From the IMG/VR virus record IMGVR_UViG_2791355084_000002, positions 1 to 64,000 of that record: 64,000 bases of DNA; one strand, 5' to 3'. Numbering within the stretch: the first letter of the stretch is position 1; the number at the start of each line of letters is the position of its first letter. Source of the DNA: a virus (taxonomy: Duplodnaviria; Caudoviricetes). The position numbers and the translations under genes are program-made. The notes under the pieces are model-generated. The model was given only the letters and a program-made list of their open reading frames with translations, was not told the origin of the DNA and did no database searches. Positions 29,769 through 39,674 of this stretch are shown one piece after another.

Positions 29769-30776
29769 ATCAGCAAGAGATTAATAAAATCCTAGATGAA
29801 CTGGAGAAGAAGGCTGAAAAAGACATTAAAGTGGTCTTTAATAAGCGTTTAAAATCCATCCTCGACCAAATGCTGCAGATGCATCGTAAGTTTGGTAAGA
29901 ACGGTGAAGCCACTTGGACTGACGTCAATAAATACAATCGCTTCAATCAAGAAATGAAGCTAATAGCTCAAGAGCTCAATGCGGATTATAAAGCAATTAT
30001 TAAGCTAATAAGAGCGTCAGAGGAACGACTATACATTGAGAGATACTTTAATGATGGCTTACCTGTTAGAACAAGCTACAGGCGAAGAAATGGGCTTTGT
30101 ACTGCCTTCAGTTGAAACAGCTCTAACTAATCCAGTTGAGTTTTTAACACTTCCGAAGGTATTTGAAGCCCACAGGAACGACATAATCAGACGGTTAAAC
30201 ATCGAGATAGCGCAAAGCCTACAAGCTGGCGAAAGCTACACGGAAATGGCTTATCGTATAGAACAAGCAATGGGCTGGACCAAGAAGAAAGCCATCCTTG
30301 TGGCTCGAACTGAAGGTGGTAGAGTACGGTCACAAGCCGATTTAGCTGTAGAAGAGCAGGCTAGTAAAACCGTTCGGCTAACAAAGGTGTGGATGTCGTC
30401 ACTTGATACCAGGGTTCGTAAGTCTCATCGCAAGTTAGACGGGCAAAAGGCTGATAAAGAAGGCTATTACCACTATGGTAAGTGGAAGTCAAAAGCGCCA
30501 AGGTTATGGGGCATTGCATCCATGGATATACAGTGTCGGTGTCATTCGATTTACTTGGTGAATGGAAAACTACCCGAATATAGACGAGGCAAAGACTACA
30601 TGGATGATACGTACCAAAAGAAATTAGCAGCTCGTATAGATGCTTACATGGAGGATTTAGGGCTAACATATAGACAGGCGTTTAACAAAGCTTATAAAGA
30701 AGTAAATCCACCAAGTGTAACAGTACCATTCATGAGCTTTGAGGATTGGAGAAAGCAGTTTAGTGGTGAAGGGTGA
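29765..30776 (+). pseudogene. Minor head (SPP1 gp7/MuF-like) protein, +1 frameshift near 30048
   Basis: An extra t in tactttaatgatg splits ERY/LMMAYL; ARTE, D.RVR.SH, QCRC motifs in the second frame. Confidence 0.8.
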
Positions 30777-31082
30777 GTGAAGCTAAATATATTTTCTAAA
30801 TAAAGCTTGATAAAAATCACCTCGTTGTTTTTTCTTAGAGGTGATTTTGTTTTTGGGTATTTATGTTAATATTGAATTGATTTTCAATGTTATTTATCTT
30901 TTGTTCCATAATCGGGCAATATTGCTGAATAAAGGTGATTAGTCCTTATAATAGTGGTTAGTAGTGATGGGGCGGATAAAAGGTTGTATTAAAGAACCAT
31001 AGACCTTACCACACATCGAAATATAGCATGTTTATAGGGAAATAGATAAGATTATTTTTTATAATAAGGAGGAAATTTAATT

Positions 31083-31595
31083 ATGGATTTATTGCACCCT
31101 ATATTCGGAGAGTTAGAGTTAAATGAATTTGAAGAATACGAAGCAATTAGACTTATAAAGTTTTCAGGATTAGAAAAAGAAGTGAAAATAACTTTTGACG
31201 ATGAAATCAACGAGAAACATTGTCAAGCATATCAATATTTTATAGAAAATTTAGATAGAATAACTCCGGAAATAATACAGTCTATGATTGAATATCAGAA
31301 TGAATGTCATGATTACACTGACTATACAGCGAGTTTCAAATATTTTGAAAATACCAATGATGTCTTAGGTACCGAGCTTTTTGAAATTGTTCTTCAAACC
31401 GTACTTCATGGAGTAGTTACGGATTCAAACCTCTATCATAAAGTAATGAAAGAAGAACTAAATGGCACGGAAGAAGAAAGATACGTAGTGCTATTGTTTG
31501 AAGCAAAATGGGTAAATGATGATTATCACATCTTAAGTGTTGCTTTAGCGAATGAAAAAGTGATTTATGTGACAGATGAAAATATTACAATTTAA
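31083..31595 (+). CDS. Acidic hypothetical protein, immunity-protein-like
   Basis: HPIFGEL start, very acidic, strong RBS, between repeat sites. Confidence 0.6.
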   Translation: MDLLHPIFGELELNEFEEYEAIRLIKFSGLEKEVKITFDDEINEKHCQAYQYFIENLDRITPEIIQSMIEYQNECHDYTDYTASFKYFENTNDVLGTELFEIVLQTVLHGVVTDSNLYHKVMKEELNGTEEERYVVLLFEAKWVNDDYHILSVALANEKVIYVTDENITI

Positions 31596-32337
31596 TTTGG
31601 TGATTATGAGCATAATACGAAGTTTATAATTACCAGCTTATCATAAAAACTATATGTAAATGTTTTGACTCATCTTATAAATTTACATTAATACAGAAAT
31701 AAAAAGAGTAATAGGATAAGTCTATCGTTGGAATAGGGATATTATCAGCACATCTGATAAGGAGATTTACATATAAAAAGGGTCGCAAATTGCAATCAGC
31801 ACGGCGAACCGTATCAAAGTTAAATATCAAGGCAATGTGGTAATAAGGTTTTATATTCGTCATTTAGTAATCTGGCGCGATTCTGTAATAAGTATCGGCG
31901 CTAGCAGGAGTTTTAATTCAATAAATGTTATTTAATATAAAGCCCTTCATATTGAGTTACTTTTTAATTTACCTAAAAAAGTAGGATTAGATATCACAAG
32001 GAACGCGCATTTATTATTGCTAGTTTGGATATTGAGTTGGAGAAAGAAGCGGAGTCTGTGAAGAAGTAATCGCGGAAATTTACTTAAACTAGTGGCGCAG
32101 GTTAGTTAAATCGTTTTGTTTAAAGGTTATTCAACAATCGGGCCATTTAATTGAATAACGCTTTTAAATTAAAAATAGGGTTTTATGTTAATCTTGATGT
32201 GAATTTGTGAAATAGTGTACATAAGTTAACGAGGCAGGTTAGTTCAATAAGAAATTTCAAAGAAATAGATGAATTAATACTAAAATACGGTAAAATAATT
32301 AGATGAATAGTCTGTTTTTTACATAGGGGGATTTTAT

Positions 32338-33294
32338 TTGAAAAATTATAAAAAAACGGTTATCGTATTTCTTCTAATAATTACGTTGCTAACACTTACT
32401 TCCTGTACACAAGCTGAAGAATCGAAAGCAAAGCAAGATATTGAAAGTATCGTTTTATCATTCGAACACCCACAAACAGGTCAAAAATTTAAAATAGTCA
32501 ATGCCTATAAACTTTATCAAAACTATGCAGATAAAGTTGAAATTAATCCAGAACAATCACAATTGGAAATTTATAATGAAGAGGTAATTAAACCAATATA
32601 TAGTGTTTGTTTTGAGAATGGTGAATATCCTAATATGGCAGATGAAGTTCTAAATGTAGCTCCTGACCTTTTAACAGAAAATCAAATATTAAGTGAAAAA
32701 ATTGATAGGGAAGAAACTGAAAATATTATTAAAGAAGCTCTTTTAAAATCTTCTGACCTTCTTCCATCTGGAAAAGAAACAACTGCATGTGTTTTTCCTG
32801 CCACAAATACAAATATACTAATGACTACAGTGGGGGCAGGAAAAATAATAGTACTTTACAACAAATATTATAACGAAGATGTTTTAAGGTCTAGCATGGC
32901 TCACGAATATCATCATAGTGTTTGGACAGAGAAGTACTTACGTAATGCTCCACCTTTTACTGTTTTGGATCATCTAATATTTGAAGGAAAGGCATTTATG
33001 TTTGAAAAGTTAGTTTATCCTGATATTGATATTGATTTTGCTCCAATTTATTCAACATTCAACAATTATTATTGGTCAAAAATTGTATTAGATCTTGAAA
33101 AGTATGACTTTAATCGGGCTTACGAAATTATTCTGGGAGGTAATGGCCTTCCTAATCGTTATGGTTACAGTGAAGGCTATAAAATGGTAAAATCCTATCT
33201 TGATTTGCACCCAAACGTAACCCCAGAGGAATGGACTGCCCTAAGTGCAAAAGAAATTTTTGAAAAAGGAAATTATCTTGAAAACTATAAATAA
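32338..33294 (+). CDS. DUF2268-like Zn-dependent peptidase lipoprotein
   Basis: Lipobox LTSC; HEYHH, IFEGKA, GYSEGY. Confidence 0.8.
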   Translation: MKNYKKTVIVFLLIITLLTLTSCTQAEESKAKQDIESIVLSFEHPQTGQKFKIVNAYKLYQNYADKVEINPEQSQLEIYNEEVIKPIYSVCFENGEYPNMADEVLNVAPDLLTENQILSEKIDREETENIIKEALLKSSDLLPSGKETTACVFPATNTNILMTTVGAGKIIVLYNKYYNEDVLRSSMAHEYHHSVWTEKYLRNAPPFTVLDHLIFEGKAFMFEKLVYPDIDIDFAPIYSTFNNYYWSKIVLDLEKYDFNRAYEIILGGNGLPNRYGYSEGYKMVKSYLDLHPNVTPEEWTALSAKEIFEKGNYLENYK

Positions 33295-33684
33295 CAAATC
33301 TATGAACTTATAGACATATATACTAGGGGTAAATATATGTTAATGATTAGTTATAAATCATTGAGTTGCGTATGCAGCTCTTTTTTTCTTATTGAACTGA
33401 GGGTGCTTTAGTTCAATAACGATCTTCAACAAAAGGGCGCGATTGTGTAATAAGGATCAGCGCACGGTTTCATTAAAGAGCCAGAGTGCGAAATAAGGGA
33501 TATAACCAGATTTATACGAATTCACAACGGTAAACAAAGAAATATCCCCAAACGACGCTTTGGAAAGGTTATACTTCAACTAACGGCACAGGATAGTTGA
33601 GTTAGCAAATATAGCTGCTAGTTGTTGGAGTAGTAATTATATAGCATTGTTCAAATAATGATGCCAGGAAATGAGGAATAACCG

Positions 33685-34209
33685 ATGTCAAAAACGGTAC
33701 TTGATAAAGCTAAGAGGATTGTAGCAGGAATCGAAGTTTATCCAGGATTAGCTAAAGATTGGAGTAAAGATAATTATGACAATTATTATCTTTACTTTTC
33801 AAATCCAGATCCTGAAATACGAAAATATTCGTTACTTGTTTTTTTTGTGGGTCTTAGTAATTGGCAATTGGGGTCAGCTTTTATCTTTAGACCAATCAAA
33901 GAACTTAAAAAAGACGAAGATTTCGATGGAAATAAAGTGTATCGTTTTGAGGATTATGTTCGATCATTTCTCGACAATAGAGAAAACATTAAACAAGAGT
34001 TCCCATATTTATATGATAATTTGGTTTGGTATTTACTTAGGTTAGATAATCAAAAACATTTTGAGTATATATTTAGATCCGTTGATAAGAAACTATTCAT
34101 TGAACTTAGACAAGTGTTAATTAAATCGGGTATTGATGCTAACATATTACCCAACAATTTAAATAACATATTAAGAGAAGTAGGAATTACTCCATATTTT
34201 GTAGATTAA
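33685..34209 (+). CDS. Hypothetical protein (cassette gene)
   Basis: 174-aa ORF with gagga RBS between repeat sites. Confidence 0.65.
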   Translation: MSKTVLDKAKRIVAGIEVYPGLAKDWSKDNYDNYYLYFSNPDPEIRKYSLLVFFVGLSNWQLGSAFIFRPIKELKKDEDFDGNKVYRFEDYVRSFLDNRENIKQEFPYLYDNLVWYLLRLDNQKHFEYIFRSVDKKLFIELRQVLIKSGIDANILPNNLNNILREVGITPYFVD

Positions 34210-34422
34210 ACATAATTTTTAAACGAACGGCATTCCTTATTGATCAAACATGCGCTTTAGTGCAACAAGGATTTATAAAGTATTCATAACTAAACCTAAT
34301 AACGTTCCCAAATTAAAGTTTGAACTTACACCAAAAAGTTACGAATGTTTTAATAGGTGTGTCAAAAAATAATAATAGTCTACGTCTTGAAAAATTTACT
34401 AAATAGAAAGGGAAGATGTATT

Positions 34423-34728
34423 ATGATTGTTAAAGTCGGATTTGAATATGAAGATGACATAGAGTACATGATTTGTCTTGCAAAAGTAGGGAGAAATATT
34501 AACCGATTACAAGAGGAATTTTGGGATTGGCTATTTGATAGAAAGAACCAACATCCTTATTGGGAAATACATTATCAAGATGAAGAAGGAAATCCTGTTT
34601 ATGGAGTGAGTTACCGTACAGATGCTTTTGTATATTGGTTGAACAAGGTGAAATTTAATAAAGGCAAGAATGTCGCGAGATTAATAGAAGTTCCAAAGAC
34701 ACCACCTAAAAAAACAATTAGGTTTTAA
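34423..34728 (+). CDS. Hypothetical protein, immunity-like (cassette gene)
   Basis: W-rich (FWDWL, HPYW, FVYWLN); flanked by ~50-bp direct repeats. Confidence 0.6.
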   Translation: MIVKVGFEYEDDIEYMICLAKVGRNINRLQEEFWDWLFDRKNQHPYWEIHYQDEEGNPVYGVSYRTDAFVYWLNKVKFNKGKNVARLIEVPKTPPKKTIRF

Positions 34729-34895
34729 AGGTAATAAATTATTCAATTTTATTCAAAATAACGTTCCCAAAGGAAAGCTTAGACGTACACCAAAAAGTCA
34801 CAAATGTTGTTAAATCAACGTTTGTGACTTTTCTTATGCGCATTATTTATTAAGCTTTTTATGCAAAGTGCAGTTTGACTGGTTAAGTATTATTA

Positions 34896-35267
34896 TTACG
34901 TTTCATGTTTTAAAATTTCCCAAATATCACGTAATCTCTGAACTGCCTCTTCTTTCGAATAAGGAAGTTCTTTGTAAAACTTCTGTAGTTCTGGATTGTA
35001 AGCAAAGGCTTGAAAGTCTGCATCTTCTTCTTGAGGAGCAAGCTTTTGTTTTTCTGTACGACCAAGAAGGTAATCTATTGAAACATCAAAAAGCTTAGCG
35101 ATATTACTTAAAGTGTCAATAGGAGGCATTTTTGTGCCATTTTCATAAGCTGTATAAGTAGTTCTTGCAACACCTATTTCTTTAGCAACAAATGATTGGG
35201 TATATTCAGGCTTTGATTTCTTTATATTTTCACGAACCTTTTTTAAACGTTGTGCAAGAATATCCAT
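34896..35267 (-). CDS. Second-switch XRE repressor
   Basis: HTH plus the FQAF..P.LQ..YK.LP...EE..QRLR..WEILK tail. Confidence 0.88.
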   Translation of the reverse strand: MDILAQRLKKVRENIKKSKPEYTQSFVAKEIGVARTTYTAYENGTKMPPIDTLSNIAKLFDVSIDYLLGRTEKQKLAPQEEDADFQAFAYNPELQKFYKELPYSKEEAVQRLRDIWEILKHET

Positions 35268-35314
35268 TTATACGCACATCCTTAAATATTATTTGGCTAC
35301 TTATGATTGTATAT

Positions 35315-35440
35315 GTTACCTAAAGGAACTTCTATATTTAATTATTTATTGTTCCTTAAAGAAACTTTAATATTCAAAAAGTATTGAAATGTTCCTTATA
35401 GGAACTTATAATTAAATTAATTAATGTTCCTAAAAGGAAC
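35315..35440. promoter_or_regulatory. Switch 2: four GTTCC-N5-GGAAC-type operators and a promoter
   Basis: Operators at 35315, 35351, 35391, 35426; ttgaaa(35384)-17 bp-tataat(35407). Confidence 0.8.
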
Positions 35441-35459
35441 TTTTGAAAGGGGAGAGGTT

Positions 35460-35669
35460 ATGAGAAGATGGCTGAAACAGATCCGAATAGCTCAAGGAAT
35501 AAAACAGGAGGAAATAGCTGATTCTGTGGACATTTCACGTGGGTATTATGCAAACATTGAACGGGGTGAAAAAACACCATCAGTAAAAGTGGCGAGAAAA
35601 ATAGCAGCTTATCTAAAATTTGATTGGACAAAATTCTTTGTACAAGAAAAGGAGGAAGTAAATCTATGA
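35460..35669 (+). CDS. Cro-like HTH regulator (switch 2)
   Basis: QEEIA...ISRGYYANIERG.KTPS. Confidence 0.85.
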   Translation: MRRWLKQIRIAQGIKQEEIADSVDISRGYYANIERGEKTPSVKVARKIAAYLKFDWTKFFVQEKEEVNL

Positions 35670-36448
35670 ATCTTACTTTAGCAACACAAAATCAATTTAA
35701 TTCAGTTATTTGTGATTTTTACCAAAATGAAAACAATGAAGTATTTATGACAATTAACCAGATAGCTCAGGCGCTTGAATATGCAAGTAAAAAGGGCGTT
35801 GAAAATTTAGTAGCTAACAATGAGTACCTTAGAGATGAAGAATTCTCGACTATTGCAAAGGTATCTACAGGTACCCACGGAAAAGGGGGTACCCAAGAAA
35901 CCCGTATTTTTACTGAGGATGGTATATATGAAGTAACAATGTTATCTAAACAACCTAAAGCAAAAGTATTTAGAGCTTTTGTTCGAAAGACACTTAAATC
36001 TTTACGTAAAGGTGAAATGATTTTAGTTCAACCCCAAAAGGTAGATACTAAACTTGAGGTACAACGTATGCGAGCTGAGGCAATGTTGAATAACAGCCGT
36101 ACACGCCAAGCTAAATTAATTCTGGACATGCAGAAAAATAAAATCTTATCTCCCGTAGCTGTTGAGTTGTTACAAGTAAATGCTTTAGAGGTTTTAAGTG
36201 ACCAAACAATTGATTACCGTCCAGAAGTAAAAAAGACATATACGGCTAGTGATATTGGTTCAGAATTAGGAATTTCACCGCAAAAGGTTGGTAGTATTGC
36301 AAATAAACATAACCTTAAAACCGATGAATACGGTTATTTTGCTTTGGACAAGTCACCATATAGTAATAAACAAGTAGAGTCTTTCCGTTATTACGAAAAA
36401 GGTCGTCAGAAGATACATGAAATTGTCCAGGGGAAGTTGGTTAACTAA
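35666..36448 (+). CDS. BRO-N family antirepressor
   Basis: MT..QI..ALEY, FTEDGIYEV.MLS.QPKA..F. Confidence 0.82.
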   Translation: MNLTLATQNQFNSVICDFYQNENNEVFMTINQIAQALEYASKKGVENLVANNEYLRDEEFSTIAKVSTGTHGKGGTQETRIFTEDGIYEVTMLSKQPKAKVFRAFVRKTLKSLRKGEMILVQPQKVDTKLEVQRMRAEAMLNNSRTRQAKLILDMQKNKILSPVAVELLQVNALEVLSDQTIDYRPEVKKTYTASDIGSELGISPQKVGSIANKHNLKTDEYGYFALDKSPYSNKQVESFRYYEKGRQKIHEIVQGKLVN

Positions 36449-36570
36449 ATGGGGTACAAAAAAAGAAAAGCCATGCTTTAAGCGGCAACTTAAAACATGA
36501 CATAAATCTGAGTGACATCCACCCATATCATAAATCTATTATAACCGAATATCGTTATATTTAGAAGTGG

Positions 36571-36882
36571 ATGTTACTCCCAGGAGGGAGAACTGTGCAA
36601 ATACCAAGTGAAAGTTGTTTACAAGCCATGATCCATTATTCAGAGTTTTATAATCTTTCACCACCACTATCGAATGATTTTGGCGATTGGTGCAAGAGTG
36701 TGGTGAATGAAATGGGTGACAGAGAAATACATCTACTTTATTTAGCGGTGAATGCTGCATTAAATAAAGGACTTGGTTGTCAAAAGTTAATGAATATAAT
36801 GTTTCACGAACTCCAAAGACGTAAATCGGAAATAGAGTTTTACGTGACTTATGCAAACGCATTATCACAAATCAAGACCTAA
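36571..36882 (+). CDS. Hypothetical protein
   Basis: ORF downstream of the antirepressor; aggaggg before an internal GTG. Confidence 0.5.
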   Translation: MLLPGGRTVQIPSESCLQAMIHYSEFYNLSPPLSNDFGDWCKSVVNEMGDREIHLLYLAVNAALNKGLGCQKLMNIMFHELQRRKSEIEFYVTYANALSQIKT

Positions 36883-37153
36883 ATTGTAAAAGTCATAAAA
36901 TAAAAGGGTGATATTTAACACCTTTTTATTTCTTGTTCAATAATCATGCCTTAGGAGATAATATCTTCATTTTTACATTTCTTTCACAGGATTATAGATT
37001 TTATGGAACAATTGGTATAATTTATTAGTAGGAATTTAAAAGGGAAGATAAAATGGGTAAAAGAGTCCATCTCTTTGTTAGGGAAGGAGGTACTTTAAGG
37101 TTTCAATATTAGTTAGATGGAATGAAATAAATCATATAAAAATTTTGGGATGA

Positions 37154-38686
37154 GTGATTTTATTAATGGCATTTATATATCGATATGAATTGAAAAATAA
37201 AAATTTTAGACAAAAAATAAATTTAAAGCTGCACGAAGAAAACATAGTTAATGCAATAAATCAAACATTTGGTAATAATGTATATTCTTTTAAGGTTTAT
37301 TCTGATTACTTTGAGTTTAGATTGCGACACAGTATAGCAACTAACCTCGAATTACAAAAATTAGGTAAAAACATAGTCAATTCTGATGCGGAGTTAAGTA
37401 GCTATAAGAAGGTTTATAAAAAGAATTCACAGTTATTTAGAAGAAAAAGAAGTTCATATTATGCATTTTTAGAGGATATAGAATATGAGGATCAAATATA
37501 TTATTTAAAATTTGATTTGGTAGACCAAGAAGATAGTGACAGAATCCAAAATGAATTTGAGGAGAACCAAACTACGAAAGGAGATTTGTTAGGAACACTA
37601 AATACATTTAGCATGATTGTGGAAATAAAAGAGCTGGACTTGATGGGGAATAAATTAAAAAGAATTTTAAATATTATTAATGAAGAAGCTTCAAATAGAT
37701 GGTATTTACTAAATGGTAAGCATGTTAAAAGTGGGAACTCTTTAATTTTTCTAGATTATACTGGTAGTCAAGAAATTGTATCAAACTTTATGCTATCTTC
37801 AATAGAAGACTTAGTAGAAACAGCTCAATTAGAAAGATTTTATAGCTTAGAAGGTATACAACACGAAGAAAAAACAGATTTTAAAGAAAACTATGATGAT
37901 TTCTTTATTGCGGTTTACAATGTTGGGCAAGGATTATGTTCAGCAATCTGTAATTATAATTCACAACCAATTGTATACTTTGATTTTGGTGGTGGAGAGC
38001 GAAGAGATGCAGTAACCTATCCGCCAAATGGAATAGAATATTGCTTTAGTCTTAAACCTAAAATAATATTATCACATTGGCACAGAGATCATTGGATTGG
38101 CGTCCATTACTGTAAGGATGCTTTAAAAACAGAGTGGATAGTTCCAAATCAGAAAAAGGGACCTCAAGTTACTAAACTATGTGCGGATATATCAAAATAC
38201 GGTAAGTTGACCGAGTTAAGCTCAGGAACTTTCAAAACGCCTTTTGGTAGCTTATTTATTTGTAATGGGGATAATAGACACTACCATAATAACGGGATAG
38301 GTTTGTTAGTTGAAAATAAAAGTAATGAGAGATTTCTTTTGCCAGGGGATAATAGATATCAATTCATACCTGATCAATTCTTATCTAATTTAAATGGACT
38401 CGTGGCTTCACACCATGGAGGAAATTACTTCAAGAATAATTGTGGTAAAAATAAGATTCCGCTGAATGTTAAAGAAGGTAAAATTGTGTACAGTTACGGA
38501 AAACATGCAAAGTTCACCCCGAAATTTAATTCCCATAGTCACCCTTCTTATACTGGTGATTATATTAAATATAAGTGGGTAAAATCTTTGGAACTACATA
38601 CACCGGATGGTCACCGTGCAATTGGGGTTAATAATACAATAAATAAATGTAACTGTGGGTGTGATTTAGAAATTAAATATCCATAG
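37154..38686 (+). CDS. Unknown N-terminal region plus a ComEC/Rec2-like metallo-beta-lactamase hydrolase domain
   Basis: NVGQG, DFGG, SHWHRDH, LPGD, SHHGG, HSHP. Confidence 0.75.
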   Translation: MILLMAFIYRYELKNKNFRQKINLKLHEENIVNAINQTFGNNVYSFKVYSDYFEFRLRHSIATNLELQKLGKNIVNSDAELSSYKKVYKKNSQLFRRKRSSYYAFLEDIEYEDQIYYLKFDLVDQEDSDRIQNEFEENQTTKGDLLGTLNTFSMIVEIKELDLMGNKLKRILNIINEEASNRWYLLNGKHVKSGNSLIFLDYTGSQEIVSNFMLSSIEDLVETAQLERFYSLEGIQHEEKTDFKENYDDFFIAVYNVGQGLCSAICNYNSQPIVYFDFGGGERRDAVTYPPNGIEYCFSLKPKIILSHWHRDHWIGVHYCKDALKTEWIVPNQKKGPQVTKLCADISKYGKLTELSSGTFKTPFGSLFICNGDNRHYHNNGIGLLVENKSNERFLLPGDNRYQFIPDQFLSNLNGLVASHHGGNYFKNNCGKNKIPLNVKEGKIVYSYGKHAKFTPKFNSHSHPSYTGDYIKYKWVKSLELHTPDGHRAIGVNNTINKCNCGCDLEIKYP

Positions 38687-38979
38687 TTGTGATAGAATAT
38701 ATCAATATTTATTTTCTTTTTGTAAATAAATGTTATTATTTTTTATTCAATGTTCGGATGCGATTATTGAATAAGCATCACTGTTCTTCTAAAGCTAACG
38801 GGGACTTCAGTTCAATAAAGTTCATCTAATTTTAAAAAACTTTCATAAAGTTAAAAAGCCATTCTTTTAGAGTGGCTTTTTATTTTGTCTTTCCTCTCGC
38901 AGACGCTATAAAGAACGGGAAAAAATATTATCGAACAGTTTAGGGATTCCATCGGATAACTAAATTGGGCAAGGAGGAC

Positions 38980-39645
38980 ATGATGAAGAACAATCCATTT
39001 TATTTAAAAACCTTTTTACCTTTAGCTATTCAAATGTTTTCTGATGGTGGGGAAGGAAATCCTTCAGGGGATCATCCACCACAAGGAGATGGCGGAAACG
39101 GACAAGGGGCTACATTGACACTTGAATCGGTTCAATCATTTTTAAACGACAATGATGAGGGTAAGAAATGGTTGCAGTCATTTGCTGATACACGTGTAAC
39201 GGAAGCGATTAAAACGTATGAAACGAAAACTCTCCCAAAGAAACTAGAAGAGGAAATTACAAAGCGTTACCCACCGGAAACGGAGGAAGCGAAACAGTTA
39301 CGTGAGTTAAAGGCACAATTTGAGCAATCGCAAAAAGAAGCTGCACGTGAAAAGTTAATTAATCAGGCGTTATCTATTGCAACTGAAAAGCGTTTACCAA
39401 GTAAGTTAGTAGCGTTCTTTGTCGGTGAAGATGCTGAAAAGACAACAGCTAATTTAGGTGTACTTGAAGCGGAATTTAACGCAGCTGTTCAGGCAGAAGT
39501 GGATAAACGCTTTAAAGATGGTGGAACGCCACCACCACAAAAAGGAGGGGGCTCAACAACATTGACGAAAGAAGCTGTACTGAAAATGACAACGGATGAA
39601 ATCAATGCGAATTGGGATGAAATCGTGAAAAACAATTTACTATAA
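38980..39645 (+). CDS. Capsid scaffold protein (DUF4355-like)
   Basis: LAIQMFSD N-terminal motif, D.RV..A, position before the capsid gene. Confidence 0.85.
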   Translation: MMKNNPFYLKTFLPLAIQMFSDGGEGNPSGDHPPQGDGGNGQGATLTLESVQSFLNDNDEGKKWLQSFADTRVTEAIKTYETKTLPKKLEEEITKRYPPETEEAKQLRELKAQFEQSQKEAAREKLINQALSIATEKRLPSKLVAFFVGEDAEKTTANLGVLEAEFNAAVQAEVDKRFKDGGTPPPQKGGGSTTLTKEAVLKMTTDEINANWDEIVKNNLL

Positions 39646-39674
39646 TCGATTAGCAGTAAGGAGGAAATATCGTT

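Larger units (their letters stand above)
30901..38818 (+). repeat. Array of family-1 oriented palindromic sites (approximate consensus TTATTCAACTAA-CGGGCNNN-TTAGTTCAATAA)
   Basis: Sites at about 30901, 31860, 32081, 32127, 32218, 33389, 33422, 33572, 34237, 38743, 38787; all intergenic. Confidence 0.75.

Noticed and set aside
30901-38818. CRISPR array interpretation of the ~32-bp palindromic repeats
   Set aside because: Copies are divergent, spacing ranges from 2 bp to over 1 kb with whole genes between them, and there are no cas genes
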